Assembly: GCA_045588365.1 (NCBI GenBank)
Contig: JAZNEB010000024.1
Span: 114,854-178,853 of the forward strand
Origin: Clostridia bacterium
GTDB taxonomy: Bacteria > Bacillota > Clostridia > CAKSNL01 > HGM11501
DNA: 64,000 nt
Direction of reading: 5' to 3'
Shown here: positions 9,594 to 18,718 of the stretch, piece after piece
How the letters are laid out: each line of letters starts with the position of its first letter
How positions within the stretch are numbered: the first letter of the stretch is position 1
Made by a program: the position numbers and the translations under genes
The notes under the pieces: generated by a model
Database searches by the model: none
Told to the model about the DNA's origin: nothing
What the model saw: the letters and a program-made list of their open reading frames with translations, nothing else

Positions 9594-11288
9594 ATGAAAG
9601 CTACAAAATTACTTATGCCCACCTTGAGAGAGGCTCCCGCAGAAGCGGAGATTGCAAGCCACATTCTCATGATGCGTGCAGGTCTTATATCAAAGCTTGC
9701 CGCAGGCGTATATTCATATTTACCTTTGGGACTTCGTGTTCTTCAGAATACCGAGCGTATAATCCGTGAGGAAATGAATAAGGCAGGTGCTCAGGAGCTT
9801 TTGATGAGTGCTCTTCTCCCTGCAGAATGCTATCAGAAGTCAGGCAGATGGGACCGCTTCGGAGACGATATGTTTCGTCTTAAAGACCGTAATGAAAGGG
9901 ATTTCTGCTTAGGTCCCACCCACGAAGAAATTTTCACACAGACGGTTATTGACTCTGTTCACTCCTATAAGGACTATCCTTATACCCTTTATCAGATTCA
10001 GACCAAATACCGTGATGAGCGCCGTCCCAGATTCGGCGTTATGCGTACAAGAGAATTTTTAATGAAGGATGCTTACAGCTTCGATATTTCCAAAGAGGGA
10101 CTTGATGCTTCCTACGATGCAATGTACGACGCTTATAAGAAAACCTTTGACCGCATGGGCCTTGACTATATGATAGTTGATGCCGACACAGGTGCTATGG
10201 GCGGCTCAGGAAGTCAGGAATTCATGGTGATATCCGACGTTGGCGAGGATACTATTGCCTACTGCGAAGCATGCCGTTATTCTGCAAATATCGAAAAGGC
10301 TGTTTGTATCAAGGGCGAGTCCTCCAAAGAAGAAATGAAGGAAATGAATAAGGTTGAAACTCCCGATGCAAAAACCATCGAAGAGGTTGCCGCTTTCTTC
10401 GGCAAAGAGGCTAAAGACTTTGTTAAGACCATGATTTATAAAGCTGACGAAAAAATCGTTGCAGTTTTAGTTCGTGGAGACAGGGAAATCAACGAAATCA
10501 AGCTGGCAAATACTTTGGGTGTAGCGGAAGTTGCCCTTGCCGATGCATCAGATGTTGTTTCCGTAACAGGTGCTAAGGTCGGCTTTGCAGGTCCCGTAGG
10601 TCTTAAGATTGACGTTATAGCAGATAACGAAGTTATGGGAATGAGAAACTTTATAGTTGGCGCAAACGAAGACGATTGCCACATAGAAAATGTAAATCCC
10701 GAAAGAGACTTCAAGGCAACTTTAGTTGCTGATATCCGTTGCATCGCTGACGGCGATATCTGTCCCGTTTGCGGCAAAGAAATTAAAACTGCTCAGGGTA
10801 TTGAGGTAGGACATATCTTTAAGCTGGGCACAAAATATTCCGAAGCACTGGGTCTTAACTTTACCGATGATTCAGGAGAAGCAAAGCCCGTAATAATGGG
10901 CTGCTACGGAATAGGCATCAACCGTTGTGTTGCCGCTATAATTGAACAGAATCACGACGAGGCGGGCATTATCTGGCCTATGGACGTCGCTCCCTACAAG
11001 GTGGTTGTTGTTCCCGTAAATTATTCTGATGAAACCCAGAAGGCTTTGGCTGACGAAATTACCGAAAAACTGGAAAATGCGGGAATTGAGGTTATTTTAG
11101 ACGACAGAGACGAACGTCCAGGCGTTAAATTCAAGGACTGGGATTTAATCGGCATACCCGTAAGAATTACAATAGGCAAAAAGGCAGCAGAGGGCATTTG
11201 CGAATATAAGTTAAGGTGCGAAAAGGAATATTCGGAAATGGCAAAGGATGATGCCATAGCTTCTGCAATTTCAAAGGTAAGAAAATAA
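9594..11288 (+). CDS. proS: Prolyl-tRNA synthetase (bacterial type with editing insertion)
   Basis: [32 protein letters not shown]...; class II aaRS motifs, INS domain, C-terminal anticodon-binding domain; 564 aa. Confidence 0.95.
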   Translation: MKATKLLMPTLREAPAEAEIASHILMMRAGLISKLAAGVYSYLPLGLRVLQNTERIIREEMNKAGAQELLMSALLPAECYQKSGRWDRFGDDMFRLKDRNERDFCLGPTHEEIFTQTVIDSVHSYKDYPYTLYQIQTKYRDERRPRFGVMRTREFLMKDAYSFDISKEGLDASYDAMYDAYKKTFDRMGLDYMIVDADTGAMGGSGSQEFMVISDVGEDTIAYCEACRYSANIEKAVCIKGESSKEEMKEMNKVETPDAKTIEEVAAFFGKEAKDFVKTMIYKADEKIVAVLVRGDREINEIKLANTLGVAEVALADASDVVSVTGAKVGFAGPVGLKIDVIADNEVMGMRNFIVGANEDDCHIENVNPERDFKATLVADIRCIADGDICPVCGKEIKTAQGIEVGHIFKLGTKYSEALGLNFTDDSGEAKPVIMGCYGIGINRCVAAIIEQNHDEAGIIWPMDVAPYKVVVVPVNYSDETQKALADEITEKLENAGIEVILDDRDERPGVKFKDWDLIGIPVRITIGKKAAEGICEYKLRCEKEYSEMAKDDAIASAISKVRK

Positions 11289-11325
11289 TAATAAAGCTAT
11301 AGATTTAAAGAAAGGAGAGTTTAAT

Positions 11326-12318
11326 ATGTCCCTTCAGGCACAGGTAATAGGCATTGATCTGGGAACCACCTCGGTTTTGGTTTATGTCCCCGATAAAGGC
11401 GTTGTTTTAAGAGAGCCTTCTTTGGTTGCAATTGATGCATCCACTAAAAAAATCCGTGCAGTAGGAAGCGAAGCGGAAGCTCTTCTTTCAAAATCTCCCG
11501 GTGAGGTTTTAGCTATCCGCCCTCTTAAGGACGGAGTTATATCCGACTATTTCACCACAGAAAAAATGCTCCGCACCTTCCTTTTGAGAGTGTGTAAAAA
11601 CAGAATTATAAAGCCAAAGGTTGTTATTTCTGTTCCCAGCTCAGTTACGGAGGTTGAAAAGCGTGCCGTGGTTGAGGCGGCAGAAGCAGCAGGTGCAATG
11701 CAGGCTCTCGCCATTGAAGAGCCTCTGGCGGCGGCTATCGGCGCAGGAGTGGATATTTCAAAGCCTCTTGGCACTTTGGTGGTAGATATCGGGGGCGGCA
11801 CTACAGACACCGCTGTCATTTCTTTCGGCGGCATAGTAAAGGCTCATTCAATTAAAACTGCGGGAAACCGTCTGGATGAAGCTATAGTCCGTTACATAAG
11901 AGACAAGTATGGTGTAGCTATAGGAGAACGTACCGCCGAGGAGATAAAGATAAATATCGGCTGTGTATTCCCCAGGGATGACGAGCTTTCCATGGAGGTT
12001 TTAGGCAGAAGCTTGGTTTCAGGTCTTCCCAAAACCATTACCGTTACGGGCTCGGAGCTTTTAGCCCCTCTTACCGAATGTTTTTACGATATTATTGATT
12101 CCATACATCAGACACTTTCCGTTACCCCTCCCGAGCTTGTAAGTGATTTAAGCTCCACGGGTATTGTTTTAACGGGCGGAGGAAGCCTTATTTCAGGCGC
12201 TGCAGGCCTTATACAACGAGAAACCGGCTTAGTTGTTCACCCTGCTGATGACGCTGTGGCTTCCGTTGCCAAGGGAACAGGTCTGGCACTTTCAGTAATC
12301 GAGTATATGAACCAATGA
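11326..12318 (+). CDS. mreB: Rod shape-determining protein MreB/Mbl (actin-like ATPase)
   Basis: IGIDLGTTSVLVYV...VIDIGGGTTDTAVIS... actin-fold phosphate-binding motifs; 330 aa. Confidence 0.85.
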   Translation: MSLQAQVIGIDLGTTSVLVYVPDKGVVLREPSLVAIDASTKKIRAVGSEAEALLSKSPGEVLAIRPLKDGVISDYFTTEKMLRTFLLRVCKNRIIKPKVVISVPSSVTEVEKRAVVEAAEAAGAMQALAIEEPLAAAIGAGVDISKPLGTLVVDIGGGTTDTAVISFGGIVKAHSIKTAGNRLDEAIVRYIRDKYGVAIGERTAEEIKINIGCVFPRDDELSMEVLGRSLVSGLPKTITVTGSELLAPLTECFYDIIDSIHQTLSVTPPELVSDLSSTGIVLTGGGSLISGAAGLIQRETGLVVHPADDAVASVAKGTGLALSVIEYMNQ

Positions 12319-14495
12319 GTATTTTTTCCAAACGGCCGGCACTTGTTTTAATAAGCTTTATCTTGGGAGTATTTTTATATAGATACTCCCTTTTTCTTTC
12401 GTTGCTCTTTTTAGCTCTTTCTCTTTTATCTTTGATTTTTCTCGGGAAAAAGGGACTCGTTCTTATTTTATGTGCAGTTCTTTTTTCTTTCGGCGGATTA
12501 TATACATCCTCAACAGAAAAATCAAAAACCAATGAGGCTCAAAGTCTTTTGGATAAGACAGACTATATAAAGGGAACCGTAATCTCCATTCCCGAAGAAG
12601 AAATTTACGGTTTTTCCGCCATTGTTGATTCAGATGGCGGAAAAATCTTTTTAATGACAAAGGAAAGCACCTTTAAATATAAAGACGAAATTATCCTTAA
12701 GGGAAAATTCTCCCTCCCCGATAAAAAGAGCAGAAGCTTTGATTTTGATTATTCGGACTATCTTAAAAGCAAGGGGATTTACATAACCTGCTTTGCAGAA
12801 GAAGTCATATCTTTAAGAAATTCGAGAAGCTCTTTTAATATAGTTGATATTGCCGCAGCATTAAAGGAATATCTTTTGAAAAAAGCGTCTTCCCTTTGGT
12901 CGGATGAAACTTTAATGTTTGCCCGTTCCATTTTGCTTGGGGATTCCTCTCTTTCATCTCAGGAGTTCAGGGAAAAGCTTGCAAACGCCAGCATCTCCCA
13001 TGTAGTCTCCGTGTCGGGAACCCACGTTTCTTTAGTGGCGGCAGCAGTGATGTTCCTTATAAATAAGCTTTCTTTAAAAAAGCGTTATCTTAAGTTTATA
13101 ACCCTTCCTTTTGTGTGCTTTTTCGTTATTTTGGTATCCCCGGCACCCTCTGCCATGCGCTCTTTACTTATGTTTATCCCCTTTGTCGTTGCATGGATTT
13201 ACTTTTTCAGTTATGACGCCCTAACATCCTTGATTGTTTCAGGGACTTTAATTTTGCTTTATAATCCATTCTCGGCTTTTTCACTTAATTTTCTTTTATC
13301 CTTCGGAGCCATTTGGGGAATTATACTTTTCACAAAGCCCTTTATAAGATATCTTAAAATAATTCCCATCCCGTATATTACCGATTGCCTTTCGGTTACT
13401 CTTGCGGCGCAGGTTTTCATTTTGCCCGTTTTACTTTTCACTTTCGGGAAAATCCCGCTGTTTTCCCTTCTGGCAAATCTCCTGATTGTGCCGCTTATAC
13501 CCTTTATTATGGGTTTTGGTTATTTAGCTCTGGCTTTGCCCGGAGGACTTTTCTTTGACTTTCTTACAGATTTGCTCATTGGCGCTTCAATTAAAATTGC
13601 CGGATTTTTCGGCAAAGCTCCTTTTTCCAATCTGAGCCCTGCATACTCTCCCGCCCTTTTTATGGCGACATTCATATCTTTTATACTTTTGCTGGTTTTC
13701 TTTTTCATAAAGAAAAACAAAATAGCTTCATTTATACTTTTGAACCTTTGCCTTTTATCACTTTTATTAACCTTCATCTCGCCTTCTGTATTTCCCCTTG
13801 AGGAAACCCGCTTTTTAGATTGCGAAAGAGGCTCATGCACCATTGCTATAAACGGAAGCTGCTCTGTAATGGTTGACCTTGAATCAAGCGAAAATGATTT
13901 TTCCAAAAACACCTTAATACCCTATCTTAAACGTAATGGCCATTCCTCTCTTGACGTATTGGCTTTAACGGAATATAATAACAGTGATGAAATTATTTTC
14001 TTTCTTCAAAGCTTTCCCGTAAGATATCTTATCCTTCCCGAAAATACAAAAGACGATTTGCTTTTGGATTTTGCAAAATCTAAAGGCTGCAAGGTTATTT
14101 TTGCATCGGAAAATGACTCCTTTACTATCGGAGGAATAACTCTTTTCGTTCCCTATGAGGCCTTGGGCAAAGCTACCTATATCATTGAAAATAACGGTGG
14201 CCGTTCCCTTGTTACGGGAGATATAAATGTTTACGAGGAAGAGGCTTTGGCAGAAAGTCTTTCCGAATCCAGAACGCCAATAGATGTACTCATCGCTCCC
14301 CGAAACGGAAATAAAGGGTCCTGCACCGCTTCTTTACTTAAGAGTGCAAATCCAAAAAGTGTAATAGTAAGTACAAACCGTAACCTTTCGGACAATTTTG
14401 CTGAAAGACTCCATGGTTTTAACCTTTTATCCACAAAAGATTCAGGAGATATAGTCCTTAAAAAGGGCATGATAATACCATATAAAAAGAGGTGA
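12315..14495 (+). CDS. comEC: ComEC/Rec2 DNA internalisation competence protein
   Basis: Polytopic membrane core with SHVVSVSGTHVSLVAAAVMFLI (competence domain) plus a C-terminal metallo-beta-lactamase-like region; 726 aa; 4-bp overlap with mreB. Confidence 0.85.
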   Translation: MSIFSKRPALVLISFILGVFLYRYSLFLSLLFLALSLLSLIFLGKKGLVLILCAVLFSFGGLYTSSTEKSKTNEAQSLLDKTDYIKGTVISIPEEEIYGFSAIVDSDGGKIFLMTKESTFKYKDEIILKGKFSLPDKKSRSFDFDYSDYLKSKGIYITCFAEEVISLRNSRSSFNIVDIAAALKEYLLKKASSLWSDETLMFARSILLGDSSLSSQEFREKLANASISHVVSVSGTHVSLVAAAVMFLINKLSLKKRYLKFITLPFVCFFVILVSPAPSAMRSLLMFIPFVVAWIYFFSYDALTSLIVSGTLILLYNPFSAFSLNFLLSFGAIWGIILFTKPFIRYLKIIPIPYITDCLSVTLAAQVFILPVLLFTFGKIPLFSLLANLLIVPLIPFIMGFGYLALALPGGLFFDFLTDLLIGASIKIAGFFGKAPFSNLSPAYSPALFMATFISFILLLVFFFIKKNKIASFILLNLCLLSLLLTFISPSVFPLEETRFLDCERGSCTIAINGSCSVMVDLESSENDFSKNTLIPYLKRNGHSSLDVLALTEYNNSDEIIFFLQSFPVRYLILPENTKDDLLLDFAKSKGCKVIFASENDSFTIGGITLFVPYEALGKATYIIENNGGRSLVTGDINVYEEEALAESLSESRTPIDVLIAPRNGNKGSCTASLLKSANPKSVIVSTNRNLSDNFAERLHGFNLLSTKDSGDIVLKKGMIIPYKKR

Positions 14496-14499
14496 TTTT

Positions 14500-15495
14500 A
14501 TGAATTTTGCCGAGCTTAAGAAAAATCTTAAAGAGGGTCTTTCTTCTCTGTACTATTTTTACGGAGAGGAGGTTTATCTTTTAAATTATATGAAAGATAA
14601 ATTAACCCAGATGGCAATAGACTCTGACTTTGCAGAATTCAATCATCTTATTTTATCAGGAAGAGACTTATCAAAGGACAAAATTGAGGATTTCTTTGAA
14701 GCCTACCCTGTTATGAGCGAAAGGAAGCTTCTTTATATAAAGGATGCTTCTCTCTTTTCCTCAAAGGGGGAGGATTATCTTCCCTTGTTGTCAGATATCC
14801 CCGACTATGTAACTGTCCTGATTACGGAGGACTCTCCCGATAAAAGGAGCAGGGTTTATAAGGAGCTTTCCAAAAAAGCCGTAATATGCGAATTTACCTA
14901 TCTTGAAAGACCCGAGCTTAAAAGCCATATATCAAAAAAGCTCTCCTCGGAGAAAAAAGATATGAATCCAAAGGATATGGACTATCTTTTGGAGCTTACT
15001 GGGCCTGATTTAACCAATATCAGACTTCAGCTTCAAAAGCTCATTGCCTTTTCGGGCGGAAGAAATCTTATTACCAAAGAGGACATAGATAAAAATATCA
15101 CTCCTCCCCTTCTTTCCAGAATTTATGATATTTCCGAAGCTGTTTTATCAAAAAATCCGGACTATGCCTTAAAGCTTTTATCTGACCTTAAGAAAGGCAA
15201 CGAGTCCGCCTTAAGAATTTTGTCCGTCTTAGGCTCTTATTTTTCGGACCTTTACAGAGCATACGTTCTTTCCAGAGAGAATTTAAGCTATAACGATATG
15301 CTCACGGCCATGAATTTGCCTCCCACAAGAAAATTTGTAGCAGATAAAATGTTCAAAAGGGTTAAAAATGTCAATCCCGAATTTTTAAGAAGCTGTATTT
15401 CCGCCTGCTCCAAAGCTGAAAATCAGGTGAAAATGGGTGTTCTTTCAGACTGGCAGACATTGGAGCTCACAGTTTTAAGTTTTCTTAATTCCTGA
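14500..15495 (+). CDS. holA: DNA polymerase III delta subunit
   Basis: 331 aa. Conserved comEC-holA synteny; N-terminal LYYFYGEEVYLLNYMKDKL matches the delta subunit pattern. Confidence 0.8.
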   Translation: MNFAELKKNLKEGLSSLYYFYGEEVYLLNYMKDKLTQMAIDSDFAEFNHLILSGRDLSKDKIEDFFEAYPVMSERKLLYIKDASLFSSKGEDYLPLLSDIPDYVTVLITEDSPDKRSRVYKELSKKAVICEFTYLERPELKSHISKKLSSEKKDMNPKDMDYLLELTGPDLTNIRLQLQKLIAFSGGRNLITKEDIDKNITPPLLSRIYDISEAVLSKNPDYALKLLSDLKKGNESALRILSVLGSYFSDLYRAYVLSRENLSYNDMLTAMNLPPTRKFVADKMFKRVKNVNPEFLRSCISACSKAENQVKMGVLSDWQTLELTVLSFLNS

Positions 15496-15512
15496 TAATA
15501 AGGGGTGTTTTT

Positions 15513-15926
15513 ATGTGGTTCATACTTTCTATTTTATCTGCTTTTTTTGCGGCAACCACTTCAATTCTCGCCAAGGTTGGTATTGACGGGGTAAACTCAA
15601 ATCTGGCCACAGCAATAAGGACGGTTGTGGTGGTTTTTATGGCGTGGGGTATGGTTTTTCTGACCAACGCTCAGGGCGGTCTTTCCGATATAAGTAAAAA
15701 AAGCTGGATTTTCCTTATTGCATCAGGTCTTGCAACCGGTGCATCATGGCTTTGCTATTATAAAGCGCTCCAGTTGGGAGAAGCATCAAAGGTTGTTCCT
15801 ATTGATAAATTGAGTGTTGTCATCACTTTGATTTTAGCATTCACATTTCTCCATGAACAATTTACTCCAAAATCCCTTATCGGTTGTGTTTTAATCGGCA
15901 TCGGAACTTTGGTCATGGTTATATAA
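15513..15926 (+). CDS. EamA-like small DMT-family transporter (4-TM half-size)
   Basis: 137 aa, four hydrophobic helices, EamA-type ...KVVPIDKLSVVITLILAFTFLHEQFT... Confidence 0.6.
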   Translation: MWFILSILSAFFAATTSILAKVGIDGVNSNLATAIRTVVVVFMAWGMVFLTNAQGGLSDISKKSWIFLIASGLATGASWLCYYKALQLGEASKVVPIDKLSVVITLILAFTFLHEQFTPKSLIGCVLIGIGTLVMVI

Positions 15927-15962
15927 AATTAAACTTTACATAGCTTAAGTGAAAGAAAAGTC

Positions 15963-15995
15963 TTGACTTTTTTGAAGATTTGTAGTATTATCTTA
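15963..15995 (+). promoter_or_regulatory. Promoter for tRNA-Arg
   Basis: TTGACT - 17 bp - TATTAT, ending about 10 bp before the tRNA 5' end. Confidence 0.35.
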
Positions 15996-16004
15996 ATGTT
16001 GTCT

Positions 16005-16081
16005 GTGCATGTAGCTCAGCTGGATAGAGCACTTGGCTACGGACCAAGGTGTCGAGGGTTCGAATCCTTTCATGCACGCCA
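16005..16081 (+). tRNA. tRNA-Arg (anticodon ACG) with encoded CCA
   Basis: Cloverleaf read by hand: acceptor GUGCAUG/CAUGCAC, D arm GCUC-AGCUGGAUA-GAGC, anticodon stem CUUGG/CCAAG with loop CUACGGA, T arm GAGGG-UUCGAAU-CCUUU, discriminator G, CCA. Confidence 0.85.
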
Positions 16082-16117
16082 AACAAAAAACCACCCACGG
16101 GTGGTTTTTTTGTTTGC
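16082..16117. terminator. Bidirectional rho-independent terminator after the tRNA
   Basis: AAACAAAAAACCACCCACGGGTGGTTTTTTTGTTTG: a palindrome with poly-A/poly-T arms. Confidence 0.6.
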
Positions 16118-16261
16118 GGTTTCAATCTTAAGGATTCGAACCCTGAGAGGGCATTTAGCGTATAAAAAAAGTTGCCAGGGGCAAGTTTTTTAGCTAAATG
16201 GTGCGTAGGCGGGTACCGAAACCGCAGGTTTGGGTCGCCGAGCAAGGGAGATGCGTAGCAT

Positions 16262-16323
16262 ATCCTTCCTTTCATGCACGCCAAACAAAAACACCATCCT
16301 TTTGGGTGGTGTTTTTGTTTTTC
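16262..16323 (+). repeat. Direct duplicate of the tRNA-Arg 3' end (about 26 nt) plus a second, related bidirectional terminator
   Basis: CCTTTCATGCACGCCAAACAAAAA is identical to the tRNA 3' portion plus the start of its terminator, followed by CACCATCCTTTTGGGTGGTGTTTTTGTTTTT. Inverted T-arm-like copies CTTAAGGATTCGAACCCTG(A/T)GAGGGCAT occur at 16128-16160 and 16455-16485. Confidence 0.6.
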
Positions 16324-16488
16324 AATGGATTTGAAAGGATTCGAAAGGCGTGTCCAAGAAAATGATTGATTATCATTTTCCACGCCGTGGCTTTCTCGCA
16401 AGAAAGCGAATCCGTCGTGGCCTCTTTCCCTCTGTATGCGTGGAAGCTTACTTTCTTAAGGATTCGAACCCTGTGAGGGCATCGCTTT

Positions 16489-17043
16489 CTATTCCCTGAT
16501 TTCATAATCAAAGCTAATCATTCTTACGCCGAAAAGTTCTTCTGCCCGGTCGTTATTCAATGTGCGAGAAAAAGCCCGTCCCCGACGATCGATGTAAAGA
16601 GCATCTACTCGGTCAACATTATCTGGACCGGCGCTCCAACCTGTATCCATATAAAATTCAGCACTGCCGGCATAGTAATAGATTTCGGAGGCATTATACC
16701 CTAAAAGCTCTGTAGTATCTACGTCGGAAAGGTCAAGCAGAGTAAAGGAAAGAACCTCATTCCCGTCTTCTTTTGTTTCCTTACTTGGAATGTATATGGT
16801 ATATTTTTTATTGATGACAGAAGCTGTAGAAAAAATGTTTATATCATATTCATCAAACTCACAAACAGCGGTATCGGAAATTGTAATGATTTCTCCGTTC
16901 AGCGAATATTTCAAGGTGAAATCTATTTCTTTTTTTCCTTCATAAATAAATTCTTTAACCAAAGTTATTACAGGCATACTAAAGCAAAAAATAATGAAAG
17001 CATTTAAGGCTATTCCAATAGCAATAAGTAAAGCTTTTTTCAT
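16489..17043 (-). CDS. Small N-terminally membrane-anchored protein; candidate immunity protein (paralog of 55080-55646 and 55664-56236)
   Basis: 184 aa, MKKALLIAIGIALNAFIIFCFSMPVITLVKEFI... with conserved C-terminal AEELFGVRMISFDYEIRE; about 60% identical to the two locus-2 paralogs. Confidence 0.6.
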   Translation of the reverse strand: MKKALLIAIGIALNAFIIFCFSMPVITLVKEFIYEGKKEIDFTLKYSLNGEIITISDTAVCEFDEYDINIFSTASVINKKYTIYIPSKETKEDGNEVLSFTLLDLSDVDTTELLGYNASEIYYYAGSAEFYMDTGWSAGPDNVDRVDALYIDRRGRAFSRTLNNDRAEELFGVRMISFDYEIRE

Positions 17044-17096
17044 AAAAATCCCCTTTTATTTCACTTCTTTGAGTGCAGAAATTACGGAATCTTTTA

Positions 17097-17447
17097 TCAA
17101 TTGTCAGTTGTTTCTCCTTTCGTTTTGATAAAGCCTATGAAAAACACTATACTCCATAAAAAAATCGCAATTCCATACTCCGCTATGGCGATAACTTTTC
17201 CGATGGAAAGCTCGTCGTATTTACTTATAAATGTAACATACGGAAGTAGGAAAATGCATATTTCCAAAAGTCCTTTGAAAAAATTACCTTTACTTGTTTT
17301 CATTTCCATCATGACAAGATAAAAAGGATGTGCCGACATTATGGGAAGCATTATAAATAGATTTTCTGAATTTAAAATTCTGAAAAAAAGTAATAATATC
17401 GAAGGGATGCTTTTTATCAAAAATTTTTTTACCGCTTCTTTTTTCAT
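17097..17447 (-). CDS. Small 3-TM membrane protein (holin-like or immunity candidate)
   Basis: 116 aa, three hydrophobic helices; sits between the PG-binding toxin-like gene and the small anchored protein. Confidence 0.45.
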   Translation of the reverse strand: MKKEAVKKFLIKSIPSILLLFFRILNSENLFIMLPIMSAHPFYLVMMEMKTSKGNFFKGLLEICIFLLPYVTFISKYDELSIGKVIAIAEYGIAIFLWSIVFFIGFIKTKGETTDN

Positions 17448-17464
17448 GACATCACCTTTTTCTT

Positions 17465-18535
17465 TTATTTTCCGTTTACTATAATTCCGTCAGAAAGAAT
17501 AATATTTTCTAAATATCTAACTTTAGGAATTATGCCCAGGACTTGCAAAACTCCTCCGTTTATAAGCATAGTCTGCGCTATTTGACTGCAATTGGAGAAA
17601 AGCAAATTATATCTAGGATTTTTTGTAGCGATATTTATTCCACTTTCTAAAATTTTCTTTCCCTGCTCGGGGGTTATTTTGTATTTTAACCCCTTATCAT
17701 ATTGTTCCGTACAAAAATCCCCATTTGATGTTGGAGTTTTAATTGTTGCTCCCCAAAGAAATTTATCGGTAGTTTCTTCATCAAAAACTCCTATTCGCAT
17801 ATCTGATTGAACACCAAAAGGCCATACTCCTGCTTTAGAGTGCTTAATGTAACTAAATAAAATACTTTCTCCATCTTCGTTTATCAAAAGCAACCCTGCA
17901 TGTCCGGCTCCATACGCACCTTGATTATCAATCAGATAATACGCCTGTGTAATACTTTCAGTATCATAATTTCTTAAATTATCTACCGTAACATCTATTG
18001 CTATCTGAGCTGTTCTTCTATCATTTTCCGTTGCTATAGCATACGCCTCATCAAAAACTGTCAGCAATTTATACTTCGCTGAATCCTCGCCATAGTTATA
18101 TGCATCGGGGTCTTCGCTCCATTCGCCCTTTGCATTATAGCCCGGCTTTATTACTCCCGATTCTTTTATTTTGCTTGTTTCCGGGCTTTTGCTCTCTGCA
18201 TCTGAATTCATAAAATATAAATCCTCTGTTTCAGAAACATCGGAAGAAAACATGTTTTCTTTCTCCTTCTTTTTATCGCTTATAGCTTTCCAGGTTTTGT
18301 CTCCCACAATACCGTCGGGAACAAGACCGTTTTCCTCCTGAAACTTTATGACAGCATTAAATGTGTTTATACCAAAAATTCCGTCTTCCGAAAGCTGTCT
18401 TCCCAAGGCGTCGGTATAGCCCATAGAATTAAGCTCCTTTTGAAGCACCTTTATTGTTTCGGGTGAGCCTGTATGGACAGATAATGTACTGCCCTCATCT
18501 TTTAACTCTTCAAATTCAAATTCGTTGTTATTCAT
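17465..18535 (-). CDS. PG_binding_1-domain protein with C-terminal permuted papain-fold (LRAT/NlpC-P60-like) domain; candidate cell-wall-targeting toxin or lysin
   Basis: 356 aa with no signal peptide. N terminus LQKELNSMGYTDALGRQLSEDGIFGINTFNAVIKFQEENGLVPDGIVGDKTW (peptidoglycan-binding repeat). C terminus AYYLIDNQGAYGAGHAGLLLIN...YNLLFSNCSQIAQTML, aligning with the His...NCEH block of 58418-60136. Confidence 0.6.
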   Translation of the reverse strand: MNNNEFEFEELKDEGSTLSVHTGSPETIKVLQKELNSMGYTDALGRQLSEDGIFGINTFNAVIKFQEENGLVPDGIVGDKTWKAISDKKKEKENMFSSDVSETEDLYFMNSDAESKSPETSKIKESGVIKPGYNAKGEWSEDPDAYNYGEDSAKYKLLTVFDEAYAIATENDRRTAQIAIDVTVDNLRNYDTESITQAYYLIDNQGAYGAGHAGLLLINEDGESILFSYIKHSKAGVWPFGVQSDMRIGVFDEETTDKFLWGATIKTPTSNGDFCTEQYDKGLKYKITPEQGKKILESGINIATKNPRYNLLFSNCSQIAQTMLINGGVLQVLGIIPKVRYLENIILSDGIIVNGK

Positions 18536-18718
18536 TTTATCATATTTCCTCCTTATTTACAATAATTTTTTGAAAGTGCTTACGCACTAACCCCCTATCT
18601 ATAACTATTATAACACAAAAAGTTAAATTTATCAAGAATAAATTAACCTAATGGGCGTATTTATTTTGATGTGTTGCCTTTAGAATAGGTTTTGAACTTA
18701 TTTTCCCTTCAAAAAACA

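Noticed and set aside
16119-16490. Considered whether the GGATTCGAACCC-containing structured region next to tRNA-Arg is a tmRNA (ssrA)
   Set aside because: No GGGG...CCACCA acceptor pairing, no tag-peptide reading frame ending in Ala-Ala-stop on either strand, and no smpB nearby. The T-arm-like motifs are better explained as reverse-complement copies of the adjacent tRNA-Arg T arm.
15963-16511. ORF-track ORFs 15963-16193(+), 15988-16401(-), 16272-16511(-)
   Set aside because: They run through the tRNA gene, its terminators and tRNA-derived repeats; no RBS and no coding character, so they are spurious.
17465-18535. Interpretation of the PG-binding proteins as ordinary prophage endolysins with the small TM proteins as holins
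   Set aside because: Not excluded, but disfavoured as the sole explanation. There are no other phage genes, integrase or structural, in either locus. The catalytic domains are swapped between paralogs sharing the same N-terminal module. Small anchored immunity-like genes are duplicated. The PG-binding module is N-terminal, whereas most Firmicute endolysins place wall-binding modules C-terminally. Kept as the alternative hypothesis in the findings.
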